In this document: in pieces, positions 32,190 through 42,922 of the stretch
Layout of the letters: each line of letters starts with the position of its first letter
Numbering within the stretch: position 1 is the stretch's first letter
Position numbers and translations under genes: made by a program
Notes under the pieces: model-generated
Databases searched by the model: none
Seen by the model: the letters and a program-made list of their open reading frames with translations, nothing else
What the model was told of the DNA's origin: nothing
DNA from: Pelagomonas calceolata
Lineage: Eukaryota
Length of the DNA stretch: 64,000 nt
Assembly (NCBI GenBank): GCA_918797485.1
Contig: CAKKNE010000002.1
Location: forward strand, 1,426,001 to 1,490,000
Direction: 5' to 3'

Positions 32190-33148
32190 ATGGCTCCGGC
32201 ACCGATGCGAGCGGCGCTCCTCGTCGCCACGAGCGTGGCCTTCGCGCCCAAAACCGCGCGCCTGCCCTCCACGACCCGAGCGAGGCCGACGACGGCGCTC
32301 CAGATGAACTTTTTTGACCGGTTTAAGAGAGTGGCCGAGGCGAACATCAACAATGTGTTGGGGAAGATGGAGGACCCGGAAAAAGTACTGAACCAGGCCG
32401 TGGAGGACCTCCAGAAGGACCTCGTGACGATCCGACAGAGCTACGCCGAGGTCATGGCGACTCAAAAAAGGTGCGCTCGCGGCGTCCCGTCGTGTCGAGA
32501 CGCCTTCGACGCGACTCGGTGGTCTCTTTTTTTGACGGAAATGCTCCGCGCAGGCAGCAGCGCCAGAAGGACCAGGCCGACCAGTTGGCGGACGAGTGGT
32601 ACCGGCGGGCCCAATTGGCCCTCGAGAAGGGCGACGACGAGCTCGCGAGGGAGGCTCTCTCGCGGAAGCAGCAGCAAGTCGATGCTAGTACTTCGTTGGA
32701 CGAACAGATCGCCATCCAGAGCGACTCGTTATCGAAGTTATATGATAGTATGACGGCGCTCGAGTCGAAGATCTCCGAAGCGCGGTCCATGAAGGACCAA
32801 TACATCGCTCGAGCGCGAACGGCGAAGACTGCTACCAAGGTCAATGACATGTTATCTTCGGTATCAGGTACGACGTCGATGGACGCCTTCGAGCGCATGA
32901 AGGAGAAGGTCGAGATGCTCGAGACGCAGGCCGAGGTCTCGGGCCAGTTGCAGTTCGGGGCTGGCACGGCGGACATGGAGTCGCGCTTCAAGGAGCTGGA
33001 GGCTGGCTCGTCGGTGGACGATGAACTCTCGAAGATGAAGCGCCAATTGACCGCTGGTTCGGATGAACCAGCGAAGCCGGCGGCTCCTGCGGACCCGGCG
33101 GTCGAGGACGAGCTCGCCAAACTGAAGGGTGAAATGAAGGGGGAGTAA
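32190..33148 (+). CDS. VIPP1: Plastid VIPP1/IM30 (PspA family), intron 32471-32553
   Basis: Bipartite leader ...SVAFAP; MNFFDRFKRVAEANINNVLGKMEDPEKVLNQ; AQLALEKGDDELAREAL; AFERMKEKV; C-terminal extra helix VEDELAKLK. Confidence 0.9.
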
Positions 33149-33157
33149 CTTGTAAAA

Positions 33158-33793
33158 TTAATCGGCCCAGCCGGCGCCGGGGCGGAGGAGGTTTGATGAG
33201 GGACACCTCTCGGGGCGGACGTTCGCGTGGCAGCCGCTCCACAATACCACAATGAGCGCGCCGTCGCCCTCGGTGAAGCTCTGGTGGACGCTCCCGGCGG
33301 CGTTGACGACGAACTCGCCCGCGGGCACGGTGCCGGCCTCCCACGCCAGCGCGCGCCGCAGGTCGGGGCCCTCGTCGCCGTCGGGCAGCGTCGGCGGGTC
33401 GCCGCAACGCACCTCGTGCAGCGTGCCGACGAGCGTCTGCATCAACTCGATGTTCGGGTGAGCGTGCACACAAAACCAGTCGTTGGGCTTGATTGCCATC
33501 ACCGACAGCCGCAGCGGGCGCCCGTTCGAGAGGCCCGTGTCCAGCCAGGCGTCCAGCTCGTCGACGACGCCCTGCGCCTCGAAGCGTTCGCGCAGCGCCG
33601 CCCGCCACCGCGCGTTGAATTCTGCGGCAGATTCGATGGCGAAGCGCGTCTCGTGCGCCACGGAGTTGATGAGCGCCGCCGGGTCGAGCGTCGACAGGTC
33701 CACGACCCCTCCTCCTGGGACGGGCACGGGCTGGCTTACGAAGGTGCTCGTCCTCGACAGCAGCGCTCTCTTTGCCGCGTCCGTACCGTTCAT
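33158..33793 (-). CDS. Cupin-fold protein of unknown function
   Basis: VHAHPNIE...GTLHE...GSVHQSFT. Confidence 0.6.
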   Translation of the reverse strand: MNGTDAAKRALLSRTSTFVSQPVPVPGGGVVDLSTLDPAALINSVAHETRFAIESAAEFNARWRAALRERFEAQGVVDELDAWLDTGLSNGRPLRLSVMAIKPNDWFCVHAHPNIELMQTLVGTLHEVRCGDPPTLPDGDEGPDLRRALAWEAGTVPAGEFVVNAAGSVHQSFTEGDGALIVVLWSGCHANVRPERCPSSNLLRPGAGWAD

Positions 33794-34126
33794 ATTGTTC
33801 TCCTGCTGCTGGGCCTTGGCCAGCGGCGTCTCAGTTGGCCGCTGCGACTCGGCAAATGCGGGCTGCCCCTTGCGGAGCCAGCCTCCGCCGCCGATGCAGG
33901 CTCGACATTGTGCAAACATTTGTTCAGGTGGCCGCACGCCTATCGTTTTCGGTCACGCCGTGGTATGCTTGCCGTCGTCGCGTGCACGGAGCGTTTTTCT
34001 CAAGCTAGAGCTCCTTGTCTCAAGCCTGCTTCCGGCGGGTTCTTCAGGGCGCTGGACGGAGATCTGGACGGCTGTCCGGACGCGTCGGTCGACGCAACGC
34101 CATACGTAGAATGACTTCAAAAACAT

Positions 34127-34597
34127 TTATACTTGGATGTGGAACACGGTGCCCGGCGTCGCGTTCGGCGGGACGACGGCCTGGACGGTCTTGCCGTCGG
34201 GCAGCACCACTGCAATTTGCTGCCCCGGTGATGCGTCGGGCGGCACCGGCACGGCCATGGTCTGGGTGGGCGGCGGCACTTCGGCAATCGGGACAGCAAT
34301 CGGAGTCGAATCGACGACGACCGGCTCCTTGGGAGCTTTGAGCTTGTTGAGCTCGACGATCTTCGCCTGGACCTTCGCTTCCTTCTCCCTTATTTTGACG
34401 AGCTGCTTCGCGTGCGAGGCATTCACGCCGTTCGCGTCGCCCTGGGAGTACAGATCAAAACAGGTCACGCCCCAGGCCTCCTTCAGCGACTTGATGTCGC
34501 CCTTCAGTAACGAGATCTCGGCGTAGAGCTTGAGCTTGGCGGCTTCGTTCCCTACTTTGTTCGCGCCACTCTGCAGAGTTTTCATCCAGGACGACAT
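34127..34597 (-). CDS. Small coiled-coil protein with C-terminal VPxxxxPG beta-module
   Basis: MSSWMKTLQSGANKV...; VPVPPDASPGQQIAVVLPDGKTVQAVVPPNATPGTVFHIQV. Confidence 0.6.
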   Translation of the reverse strand: MSSWMKTLQSGANKVGNEAAKLKLYAEISLLKGDIKSLKEAWGVTCFDLYSQGDANGVNASHAKQLVKIREKEAKVQAKIVELNKLKAPKEPVVVDSTPIAVPIAEVPPPTQTMAVPVPPDASPGQQIAVVLPDGKTVQAVVPPNATPGTVFHIQV

Positions 34598-34882
34598 GGT
34601 GGGCAGCCTGGGCAGCCTGGGCAGCCTGGGCTGGGGAGGGACTCTGCGAGAGCTGGACGGTAGTGGTCCGTGGCACAGCTGCTGCTGTGCTGTAGACCAA
34701 GTGGGCTGCTGCCTAATACAGTCCGCGGGCGGGCTGACTATGCACGGTTTCGGCCTCGATGTCGGAGAGGTTCCAAGCTTTGCAAATTTCGGGTCCGCGG
34801 GCATTCATGGCCACGCCACCGTGACGCTTTCACGACGCCTCCGCGCGACGAGTCACGACGAATCCCGGGTTCGCGTTTGTGG

Positions 34883-34901
34883 CCAGCGTGTAAGACACTA
34901 G
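34883..34901 (+). promoter_or_regulatory. Conserved upstream motif
   Basis: CCAGCGTGTAAGACACTAG between divergent genes. Confidence 0.6.
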
Positions 34902-35025
34902 CAAGCCGGCAGCGGCGCAGGGCAGCTTTTTTTGCTTAAACGAGCTTGTACGACGGTCATTCGTGGTGGCAGCATCATTTCTCATTGCTGGACGACCGGC
35001 GGCTGCATTCCACCACTCGTGAGCC

Positions 35026-35805
35026 ATGGCCGCCGTCGTGGAGGCCATAGCACCAGATCCAGCAAGCACCATGGCCGCTGTGGAGGGCGCCCAGCAAGAC
35101 CTGGGCACCAGCAGCTCGTCGGAGCGCGTCTCGACGCAGCGCGAGCTCCCGCACTACTTCCACACCTATACTGATGAAGAAGCGGGCACGACAGAACTCG
35201 TCGAAGCTTTACGGGCGCGACTCGAGAGGCGCATCAACGGTTCTGTACTAGCAAATCTCGACGACAAGGGTGATGTGTTTGTAAGCTTCTCGGAGAAGGA
35301 CCGGTCCGCGTCGTCGGACTTCTGGCGGGAGATCTGCGAGCCGCTCAAAATATTCCTCAAGAACACGCCATCATTGGCCCGACGAAACCTGCCCGCAACC
35401 CTAAAGCAAGAGGGCGGGTCCTGCATGTTCCAGGTCCAGTGGCTGACCGGTAGAAAGGCGAACTACTGGCACCAGGACGTGCGCTGGAAACAACATTGGG
35501 ACGCCGTCTTCTTTCTGTATGCGGGCAACGACCCGACGCCGACGGACATCGCCTGCCCTTCGGAGCAGCCCGACGCGTGTGTCACTCCAAAAGAGTACGT
35601 GCGCTGCGCCGACGGCCAGCCGGATATCGCCCAGGCCGCGCGCAGCGGCGCCGCGATCACGTACCGGCCCGCGGTGAATAGGGGAGACGTGGTGGTGTGC
35701 GACAACCGGCGCGTCTGGCACCGCACGCCGCCGTCGCTGGACGAGGCGTGTGCGGCCGACGACGCGCTCATGACGGTGCGGCTCAAGCACTTCCCGCCGC
35801 GGTAG
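35026..35805 (+). CDS. Putative Fe(II)/2-oxoglutarate oxygenase-fold protein
   Basis: WHQD (HxD), then GDVVVCDN..VWHRTP and a distal R. Confidence 0.55.
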   Translation: MAAVVEAIAPDPASTMAAVEGAQQDLGTSSSSERVSTQRELPHYFHTYTDEEAGTTELVEALRARLERRINGSVLANLDDKGDVFVSFSEKDRSASSDFWREICEPLKIFLKNTPSLARRNLPATLKQEGGSCMFQVQWLTGRKANYWHQDVRWKQHWDAVFFLYAGNDPTPTDIACPSEQPDACVTPKEYVRCADGQPDIAQAARSGAAITYRPAVNRGDVVVCDNRRVWHRTPPSLDEACAADDALMTVRLKHFPPR

Positions 35806-36034
35806 TTTTTGCTAAGTTTTGATCTCTTGTCCGTCGTCGGCGGCAGCGTTGCGGGTAGAGCCGCGTCTTTGCTCGATCCGCATGTTCCGGTGCTAGTACT
35901 AGTGGGCGGGGCTGGGGAGACACCGCGCGTCGCCAATTCATCGGCGGCGGGCGCGTGCCACGTTTTCATAACAGCAGCCCTCCTTCTAAATAGAACCGCC
36001 TCGGCAAACTCCCCCGGACAGTGCGTCTAGCTCG

Positions 36035-36054
36035 CTAGTATCTTACACCGCTAG
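36035..36054 (-). promoter_or_regulatory. Conserved upstream motif
   Basis: Reverse complement CTAGCGGTGTAAGATACTAG, upstream of ATG 36273. Confidence 0.6.
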
Positions 36055-36272
36055 GTCGAAAAATTAGTGAATTCGATTGGCGGCGGGAGAAATCCGCAAC
36101 GTGTGAATTGCCCGAGTTTGCAATCGCTGGTGACGAACGCCAGCCAGAACCACCCAGCAAGCAGAACAGCTCCAGCCGCAAGCGACTCACAGCTCCCTTG
36201 CTTGTGTCGCCCGCCAAGACCTCCCTACAGTCTAAAGGCTGCGCCGACGGACAAACACAGCCTCCAAAAAGC

Positions 36273-38192
36273 ATGGCCGGCCTCACGATCGTCACGCTGG
36301 CCGTCGGCGACCGCACGCGCCGCATCACGGTCACGGGCGGCTCGGACGTCGACGAGCTCCGCGCGCTGATCTGCGCGGCCTTCCAGCTGCCCGCAACCAC
36401 CAGAACGGCGCCGGTGGCATTAATAGCAAGAGACACGAACGTCCTCGTGCCGCTCAGCGTCGCCTGCGCGCGGCCCGACTCGCTGCGGGCGCCGGCCTAC
36501 GGCGTTTTGTGTGTGGGCGGCCAGCTCCTGCTGAATGAACCGGCCGGCGACCTCGAGAGCGAGGACGACGAGGACACCGAGACCGAGTCATCGGAAGAGG
36601 AGGACCAGCAGGTCGCGCCGGCCACCGATGATTCCAGGGATGAGCAGCTCGACCGGCTCGTCGCCATGATCGTCAAGTTCGCGTCCATGCTCGAGGCCTC
36701 CGGACATCTATCTAGGGATGAAGCCGCTGTGGCGACGGCGTTGGCCGAGCGAAGGGACACGGTCATATTAGCGGCGTACACGCTCGCGGCCGCCGCGCAA
36801 GATGCAGGCTACTTGGCGGCTTTGATCCGCAAAGTAGCTAGGGACTACCTCACGAAGCGCACGGACGCCTCCGAATCCTTCGACGGGCCGCGCGACCACG
36901 ACGTGGCTGGTAGATTGCTCCACGCGGTCGACGAGCTGTTCGTTACCGATCAATTGTCAGTGCCGCAGTGCCGCTACTTGCAATCGTTAGTCTTGCTGAA
37001 GAACCCCGTCGTGTTTGCGGCCTTCGAGGTCTACGCGCAGGACGGCGACGCCGACGAGTTGTTCGACACGTTGCTGCGCGTCGCCGAGAGGGCGGGCCGC
37101 GCGTCCGATGAAGCCGCGGCTGAGGCGTCGACGGAATCCGAGGAAGAAGAATCAGAAGAGGAGGAGGAAGAGGTTGAAACGGACGAATCGTTAGCGCTCT
37201 TCCGGGGCGCGATCTGTCGGGAAGTCGACGATTTGCTGACGAAGGGCGAGCTCTTACCAAAAGCGGCCAAGGCCGTTCTCACGGCGTTGCGGTCCGAGGG
37301 CACCGATTCCGCCTCGCCGGTCGATAGGGCACTTTGTAGATTAGCACGGGCGGCCTACGAGGTCTATAGGTTGGATCGGGACCGCGGCGAGCTCCGCCAG
37401 GCGCTGTTGGATGCCTGTCGGGCCTACGCCGGTCTCGACGCCGAGCCCGAGGCGAAGCCGGCGCCGGCGCCGGCGCCGTCCGGCGCGGCCGTACTGCGAG
37501 AGTGCGCGCGCTGGCTCGTCCAGTCGAAGACGCTCGACGAGGCCGCGGCCGCGAATTTTTTGCGCCTCGCGGCGGGCGGCGACGACCGCGTGGCCGCGGC
37601 GTTGGCAAGATACGGGCGCGGCGGCGAGCTCGAGGAGTTTTTGACGTCGCTGGCGGCCATCGCCACCGTTGAGGAGGACGAGGAGGAAGTGCGTTCGCCG
37701 CAGGAGCCGTCAAAGCCCGCGACGAACGACGCCGAGGCCCTCAAGGAGCTCGCAGAATTAGTCCAGTGCCTCGCGGAAGACGGAAAGCTCCAAGGGAGTG
37801 AACGAGAATTGGTGGAAGGGCTCGTGAAAAGGGGCGACGCTAGACTATTAGCGGCCTACGACGTCTACGTGGACTCGCAGGACGTCGACGACCTCGTGGA
37901 CACGATTCTGCGCGTCGCGCGGCGCGACGCCGAGCTCGACGCCCAAGACGCGCGGCCGCCCCAGGACTTCGCGAGCGTCTTCGCCGAGATCACGTCATCG
38001 AATCTGAGCGAGGTCGAGAAGGCCGCGCTCCAGCTCTGCGCCGCGCGCAAGGACGCGGACCTTCAGGCGGTCCTGGAAGTCTACCGCCTCGAGGGCGACA
38101 AGGACGACCTACTGGACTCCGTGAAGCGCATCGCGCGCAAGACGATCGACGAGACCGTCGCCGCCGGCCTGCCCGGCGGCGGCGACGAGTAG
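36273..38192 (+). CDS. Hypothetical helical-repeat protein
   Basis: About six copies of a repeat of the type (L/F)AA(Y/F)(E/D)VY..D.D..(E/D)L.DT(L/I)LRV, separated by acidic linkers. Confidence 0.7.
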   Translation: MAGLTIVTLAVGDRTRRITVTGGSDVDELRALICAAFQLPATTRTAPVALIARDTNVLVPLSVACARPDSLRAPAYGVLCVGGQLLLNEPAGDLESEDDEDTETESSEEEDQQVAPATDDSRDEQLDRLVAMIVKFASMLEASGHLSRDEAAVATALAERRDTVILAAYTLAAAAQDAGYLAALIRKVARDYLTKRTDASESFDGPRDHDVAGRLLHAVDELFVTDQLSVPQCRYLQSLVLLKNPVVFAAFEVYAQDGDADELFDTLLRVAERAGRASDEAAAEASTESEEEESEEEEEEVETDESLALFRGAICREVDDLLTKGELLPKAAKAVLTALRSEGTDSASPVDRALCRLARAAYEVYRLDRDRGELRQALLDACRAYAGLDAEPEAKPAPAPAPSGAAVLRECARWLVQSKTLDEAAAANFLRLAAGGDDRVAAALARYGRGGELEEFLTSLAAIATVEEDEEEVRSPQEPSKPATNDAEALKELAELVQCLAEDGKLQGSERELVEGLVKRGDARLLAAYDVYVDSQDVDDLVDTILRVARRDAELDAQDARPPQDFASVFAEITSSNLSEVEKAALQLCAARKDADLQAVLEVYRLEGDKDDLLDSVKRIARKTIDETVAAGLPGGGDE

Positions 38193-38247
38193 TAGTTTTC
38201 CCGAAGGCCCCCCCCGCCCCTCTCCGCGTCGTAAACCGAGTGCCTTT

Positions 38248-38880
38248 TTATTCTTGAGCGGGGTCCTCGGGCACGATTCCTCTCGCGGACCAGTACCCCG
38301 CGCCGTAGGAGAAGTAGAGCTCGGAATGGGCAGGAATGTCGGCCTTCGCGTAGAACGCGTGCGACCGGCCGAAGCGGTGGCCCGAGTCCGTGCAGAGCGC
38401 GACGTTCTGGTGGGCGGCCGAGGCGTGGTTGATGAACCGCCTGTGTGGAAATCGAGCGTCATCGCCGACAAATGCTGTTGAGTTCCACACAGTCAACCGC
38501 GTCCAGGACGACTCGACGCCGGCCCACGTCGCCTCCTTCTTGAGTTTCGTCCAATCGTCCGCGGTCCAGTCGTGGCAGTTGACTTTGCGCCCGTCGACGA
38601 CGAGGCGGCCGGCCTCGTCGTAGGCGTCGCGGCTCGGCCCGCCGTCGCCCTCGACGATGTAGTCGCGATTCTCCGACCGCTTGCCGGCGGCGCCTAGATA
38701 AAACCCGACGCACTCGCCCCGCTTGATCGGTACGGTGGTGAACGCGCCGCCGCCTCCGGCCGCTATCCGCGATTTCCGGATTCGTATCGCGCGGCCGATC
38801 TCGTCCGCCCGCGCTCTTATCTTCGCGAGGCGGGCCGTGCGCGAGGGCTTCTTGGCTTTGGGTTTTGTGGTTTGCGCCAT
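38248..38880 (-). CDS. Small SET-domain protein (in-frame 60-nt intron 38441-38500)
   Basis: GGGAFTTVPIKRGECVGFYLG; splicing gives WTRFINHA; ELYFSYGAGYW. Confidence 0.82.
   Translation of the reverse strand: MAQTTKPKAKKPSRTARLAKIRARADEIGRAIRIRKSRIAAGGGGAFTTVPIKRGECVGFYLGAAGKRSENRDYIVEGDGGPSRDAYDEAGRLVVDGRKVNCHDWTADDWTKLKKEATWAGVESSWTRLTVWNSTAFVGDDARFPHRRFINHASAAHQNVALCTDSGHRFGRSHAFYAKADIPAHSELYFSYGAGYWSARGIVPEDPAQE
38441..38492. mobile_element. Short introner (52 bp)
   Basis: CTGTGTGGAAATC...GAGTTCCACACAG; TSD TGAACCGC/TCAACCGC (7/8). Confidence 0.85.
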
Positions 38881-39084
38881 GTGTGCTCACGATCGATGTG
38901 TGCTCGTGCAGGTCACTTTTTTTTTAAATTTTAATGACTCAAAATATGGCAATAACCGGTGGCGCAACGACTGACCCGATTCAAGGAGCAGTGATAAGAC
39001 AAATGCAACGAGCCCCGCGGGACGATGCCTACTCGCAAATACCCCGTCAATCCCACCCGGGCATGCTACACAAGACGGCCTTGT

Positions 39085-39105
39085 CTAGCGCTGTAAAGAC
39101 ACTAG
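39085..39105 (+). promoter_or_regulatory. Conserved upstream motif
   Basis: CTAGCGCTGTAAAGACACTAG between divergent SET and GT genes. Confidence 0.6.
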
Positions 39106-39328
39106 CAGGCCAAGCAGCGCCCCTGCGCCCAGGCCTGCCCAGCTAGCAAACGACGCGGCCGAGGCTGACATTTATCGAACTGAAGTGTGCCGTGGCCCGT
39201 CAGATCGAAAGGTTCAACGCTTCCTTACGCCGCCGACGCTGCTGGCATAATCAGCCTGCTGCATTGGCTAGCTGCCAAAACTCTGCACGGCTGTGCGCCG
39301 AGCACTGGAAGGCTACACCTTTTAAAAA

Positions 39329-41170
39329 ATGCGCCTCCTCGTCATCACGCTAGAATACGACGCCTTCCCCTTCTCCGGCAACGGCGTCTACGCGCAGTCG
39401 CTGGTCCGCGGCCTCGAGCAGCAGCCGGATGTAATTGTGGACGTCGTCTGCGGGTCGCCCGAGCACGACGAGGAGGCGTGCAACAGCAAGGCGCTCGTCA
39501 AGATCCAGCTGCCGCGCTGGTGCTCCCTCGACGGCGCGTGCTCGCACCGCGAATTTCGGGACCAGGCCATCAAGCGGCTCGACGCGCTGTACGAGGGCGG
39601 CCACCCGCAGCCGGACCTCGTGCTCTGCGTCGACTGGCACGCGCAGCCCATCGGGGCGCACCTCCGGTGGCGGCTGGGCGGCCTCGCGATGGTCTACCTC
39701 AACTTCCGCGTCTTCTCGCGCGGCCGGCCGGACGGCTTCCTCGCCTGCCAGGAGTTCCGGAGCGTCGACCAGGCGTGGCTCACGCTGGCGCTGTCCGAGT
39801 CGGACGCGGCGCTGCTGCGCGCGTTCAAGGAGGACGCGGACGTCCGCGTGCTGCTCCCGCCGCTGCGGCGCGACCTCGAGGTGCGGGCGCGGGACCGGGC
39901 CCCCGAGGAGCGCGACTTCCTCACGTGCGTCGTGCGGCTGTCCGAGGAGAAGGAGCCGGCGCGCTTCGTGCGGCTCGTCGAGCGCCTCGCGAAGAAGGGC
40001 GCCTTCGACGAGGGGCTGATTCCCGTGCTCGTGACGGGCCGCGCGGAGCTCGACGGCCGCGCGGAGCTCGTCGAGCGCTTCCTCGCGACGCACCCGTCGG
40101 CCCAGGCCTTCCCCTTCCAGACGCCGGACGGCACCTCGCCCCGTGTGGAGAATTACTGCAGAGACCTTCGTCAGCCTGAACGCCATATCGAGCAGACGTA
40201 GGAATGGAGGCGACCTCTCGTCGATGGCGTGGAATCTACACGCCATCGAGCAGACGTAGGAATGGAGGCGACCTCGCGTCGATGGCGTGGAATCTACACG
40301 CCATCGAGCAGATGCAGTTACGGGAACGACGTCGCGTCGATGGCGTCGGTCGTCCCCGCAGGCCTCGCCGCGCTCTACGCGCGGACGCGGCTCAACGTGC
40401 ACCCGCCGCGCTACGACGCCTTCGGCATGTCGATCGTCGAGGCGGCGGCCTTCGGCGCGCCGACGGTCTTCCCGCCGGGCGCGGACGTCGGCGCGAAGCG
40501 CATCCTCTCGTTTCGCGGCGACGACGCCTTCTTCGAGCTGGACCTGGACGGCGACGGCGCGCTCGACCCGCTGCCGCCGGACCTGTCGCGCCCGGCGACG
40601 GCCGCGCTCGCGCCGTCGCGGCCGCCGACCGCGGCGTCGCGCCCGGTCTCGGCGGCCTACGGCACGCGGGCGGCCGCCCCGGCGCCCGCGCCCGCTCCGG
40701 CGCCCGCTCCGGCGCCCGCACCCGCGCCGGCCCCGGCGCCGGCCCCGGCGCCCGCGCCGTCCGCGCTCGCGCTGACCGGCGACGACGCGGTCATGGCGCT
40801 CCTCGCGGACCGCGGGCGCCTCGCGGCCGTGGGCGAGCTCGCGCGGAAGCGCGCCGGCTTCTGGACCGAGCAGGCGCACGGCCGCGTGCTCCTGGCGGAC
40901 CACCTGCGGCCCCTCCACGAGGAGTGCGCGCGGTCGAAGGCCGAGCTAGAAGAAATAGAGAAGGAGGAGGCCAAGGGCGACGCGTGCGCCTACCTCGAGG
41001 GCGCCCCGCCCTACGACCCGTCGCCGCCGCCGCCGCCGACGACGGAGGAGGAACTCGCCGCCGAGGACGAGGCCTCCGCGGCGGGCCCGTGCGCCGCCTG
41101 CGGCCTTGACCCGCGCGTGCCGCGCTTCAAGGTCGACGCGCCCGAGGCGCCGAGCTGGAGGACGTCGTAA
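39329..41170 (+). CDS. GT-B (GT4-like) glycosyltransferase, intron 40131-40361, with an Ala-Pro repeat
   Basis: MRLLVITLEY..FSGNGVYAQSLVRGL; VRLSEEKEPARF; LNVHPPRYDAFGMSIVEAAAFGAPTV. Confidence 0.8.
40141..40361. mobile_element. Degenerate introner with internal ~58-bp tandem repeat
   Basis: CCGTGTGGAGAATT...CCCCGCAG; TSD ACCTCGCC/GCCTCGCC; unit CGCCATCGAGCAGACGTAGGAATGGAGGCGACCTCGCGTCGATGGCGTGGAATCTACA repeated about 2.8 times (40181-40347). Confidence 0.7.
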
Positions 41171-41531
41171 GGTAGGTTTTGTTCGTATCGCGTCGAGGGG
41201 CCCCCGCATTCTTGGCGGGCGCAATGGGGGTCTTCTGGCGTGCTCGCTACCGATGCGGATTCGCCAAGATTGAGCCTCAGCCTTTGCCTCAGCCAAAATG
41301 CCACTGCCACTAGGCAGAACCACACGATTTTGCGAGCTATAACTCACAACAGGCGCGATCCAGCGCATATTCACGACGACCGCGAGGTCCTTCGTGCTGT
41401 GAGTCAATACACACAAACCAAAAAAACTGGGAGAACAATCCGTGCCCTGATCATGGGAACTAGGCCCGACTCACTCGGCCAACCCGCAGCCGCCGCACCC
41501 CGCGCCCAAGCAAGAGCGGGCCCCCTTTGCG

Positions 41532-41662
41532 ATGATCGACTGAACGCCGCGAGGCCGTCGGAGACGCCGACGACCGCCGGAGCGCTGTTCATCATCGGTC
41601 CTCCCCGCGCCGCGGCCGCTGCCCTGTATGACAGAGAGAGAATAAGTACTTCGGTACACGAC
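41532..41662 (+). repeat. Left arm of ~130-bp inverted repeat
   Basis: Matches the reverse complement of 43745-43874 with 3 substitutions and a 1-bp indel. Confidence 0.92.
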
Positions 41663-41679
41663 TCGGGAATAGTAGAGAC

Positions 41680-42564
41680 TTACGTAGTAGAAGCATCACC
41701 CGTCGCCGGCGGCGCTTCCGCCCGCGCCGCGAGCGCGTCCAGGAACGCGCGCACGTCGTCGACGTCGCGGAGCCGGTGCGTCGCGTGCGTCCGCGCCGGT
41801 CGCTCGGACTCGTCCGCGGGCGCCACGAGCACGCCGACGGCGCCGAAGGGCGCAAGGGCCTTGAACGCGTCCTCGTCCGTCACGTCGTCGCCCACGTAGA
41901 TGGGCTGCACGCCGTCGAACCAGTCGTGCGCGCCGCCCTCGGCCTTGCGCACCATGTCGAGCAAGTAGAGGGCCGCCTCGCCCTTGTTCCAGGCCGCCGA
42001 CGGCCGCAGCTCGAAGACGCACTTGCCGCTGAACTTCCGCAGCGTCGTCCTAAAGGGCGCCAGCGCCAGCACGGCGTCGACGGCCCCCGCGACGCGCGGC
42101 CGGTCGGCCTCGGCGACGCCGCGCCAGTGGATCGACACGGAGAAGACGTTGTCCTCGACGGACGCGCCCGCCACGTCGCGCAGCCAGACCTCGAGCTGTG
42201 ACCGCGCCGCGCGGAGGATCGGCACCGCGGACGTCTTGACCTGCTTCCGGAGCCCGCCAGGTCCATCGATGTCGAAGCCGTGGCTACCAGCGTAGTAGAG
42301 ATTTTCGACCGCCACGAATTCGCGGACCTTTTCCCGCGCCCGTCCGCTCACCACCGCCACGGGCGCGTGCCGCGCGAGCCGCGCGATGGATGCGCGCATC
42401 GGCGCCGTTAGCACGGCCGCGTCGCTCGCCTCGACGATGGGCGTCAGCGTGCCGTCGTAGTCGAGGAAGACGACGAGCCGCTTCGTGCCGGTATCGATCG
42501 TCTTCGCGTCGGGCAATTCGCGCCAGTCGCGCGTCTGCGGCGGCGGGACCGCGAAGGTGGCCAT
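41680..42564 (-). CDS. otsB: Trehalose-6-phosphate phosphatase (HAD family)
   Basis: VFLDYDGTLTPIV, VAVVSGR, YYAGSHGFDI, VEDN..SVSIHWR, ELRP...WNKGEA and YVGDDVTDEDAF. Confidence 0.92.
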   Translation of the reverse strand: MATFAVPPPQTRDWRELPDAKTIDTGTKRLVVFLDYDGTLTPIVEASDAAVLTAPMRASIARLARHAPVAVVSGRAREKVREFVAVENLYYAGSHGFDIDGPGGLRKQVKTSAVPILRAARSQLEVWLRDVAGASVEDNVFSVSIHWRGVAEADRPRVAGAVDAVLALAPFRTTLRKFSGKCVFELRPSAAWNKGEAALYLLDMVRKAEGGAHDWFDGVQPIYVGDDVTDEDAFKALAPFGAVGVLVAPADESERPARTHATHRLRDVDDVRAFLDALAARAEAPPATGDASTT

Positions 42565-42774
42565 TTCTTACAGTGTGTCACCTGAACATAGCGAGCGCGC
42601 GAGGACAATTAGCGTCCTGCGGCGCAGATGTGCCCTGCAGCCTGAATTCGGCTGTGGTCTCACTAGCGCTCGCGCGGCGTCGTGCTGTCGGCCCCGACTG
42701 CAGTTTTCGAGAGGATTCCTGTGTGCGCCGCCGCCTGCAGCGCCTAAAATCCTTGCCTGGAGCAAAAAACCGAG

Positions 42775-42796
42775 CTAGCGGCATGTAAGACACTAG
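42775..42796 (+). promoter_or_regulatory. Conserved upstream motif
   Basis: CTAGCGGCATGTAAGACACTAG between divergent TPP and C2H2 genes. Confidence 0.65.
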
Positions 42797-42922
42797 CAAA
42801 CGATCAGTCCCACACAAGCGCACTCTCGCCAGAGCGCTGCCGCCGCCGATCCTCTGTGCTGCCACGCACACACTGTGCTGTGCAGGAGAGCTGCTTCAAA
42901 AGCAATCGTACAGCTCGAAGCC

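Noticed and set aside
40181..40347. CRISPR-like array
   Set aside because: The units are contiguous ~58-bp tandem copies without unique spacers, lie inside a spliceosomal intron, and no cas genes are present.
39350..40918. 522-aa minus-strand ORF
   Set aside because: Antisense shadow of the glycosyltransferase with no recognisable motifs.
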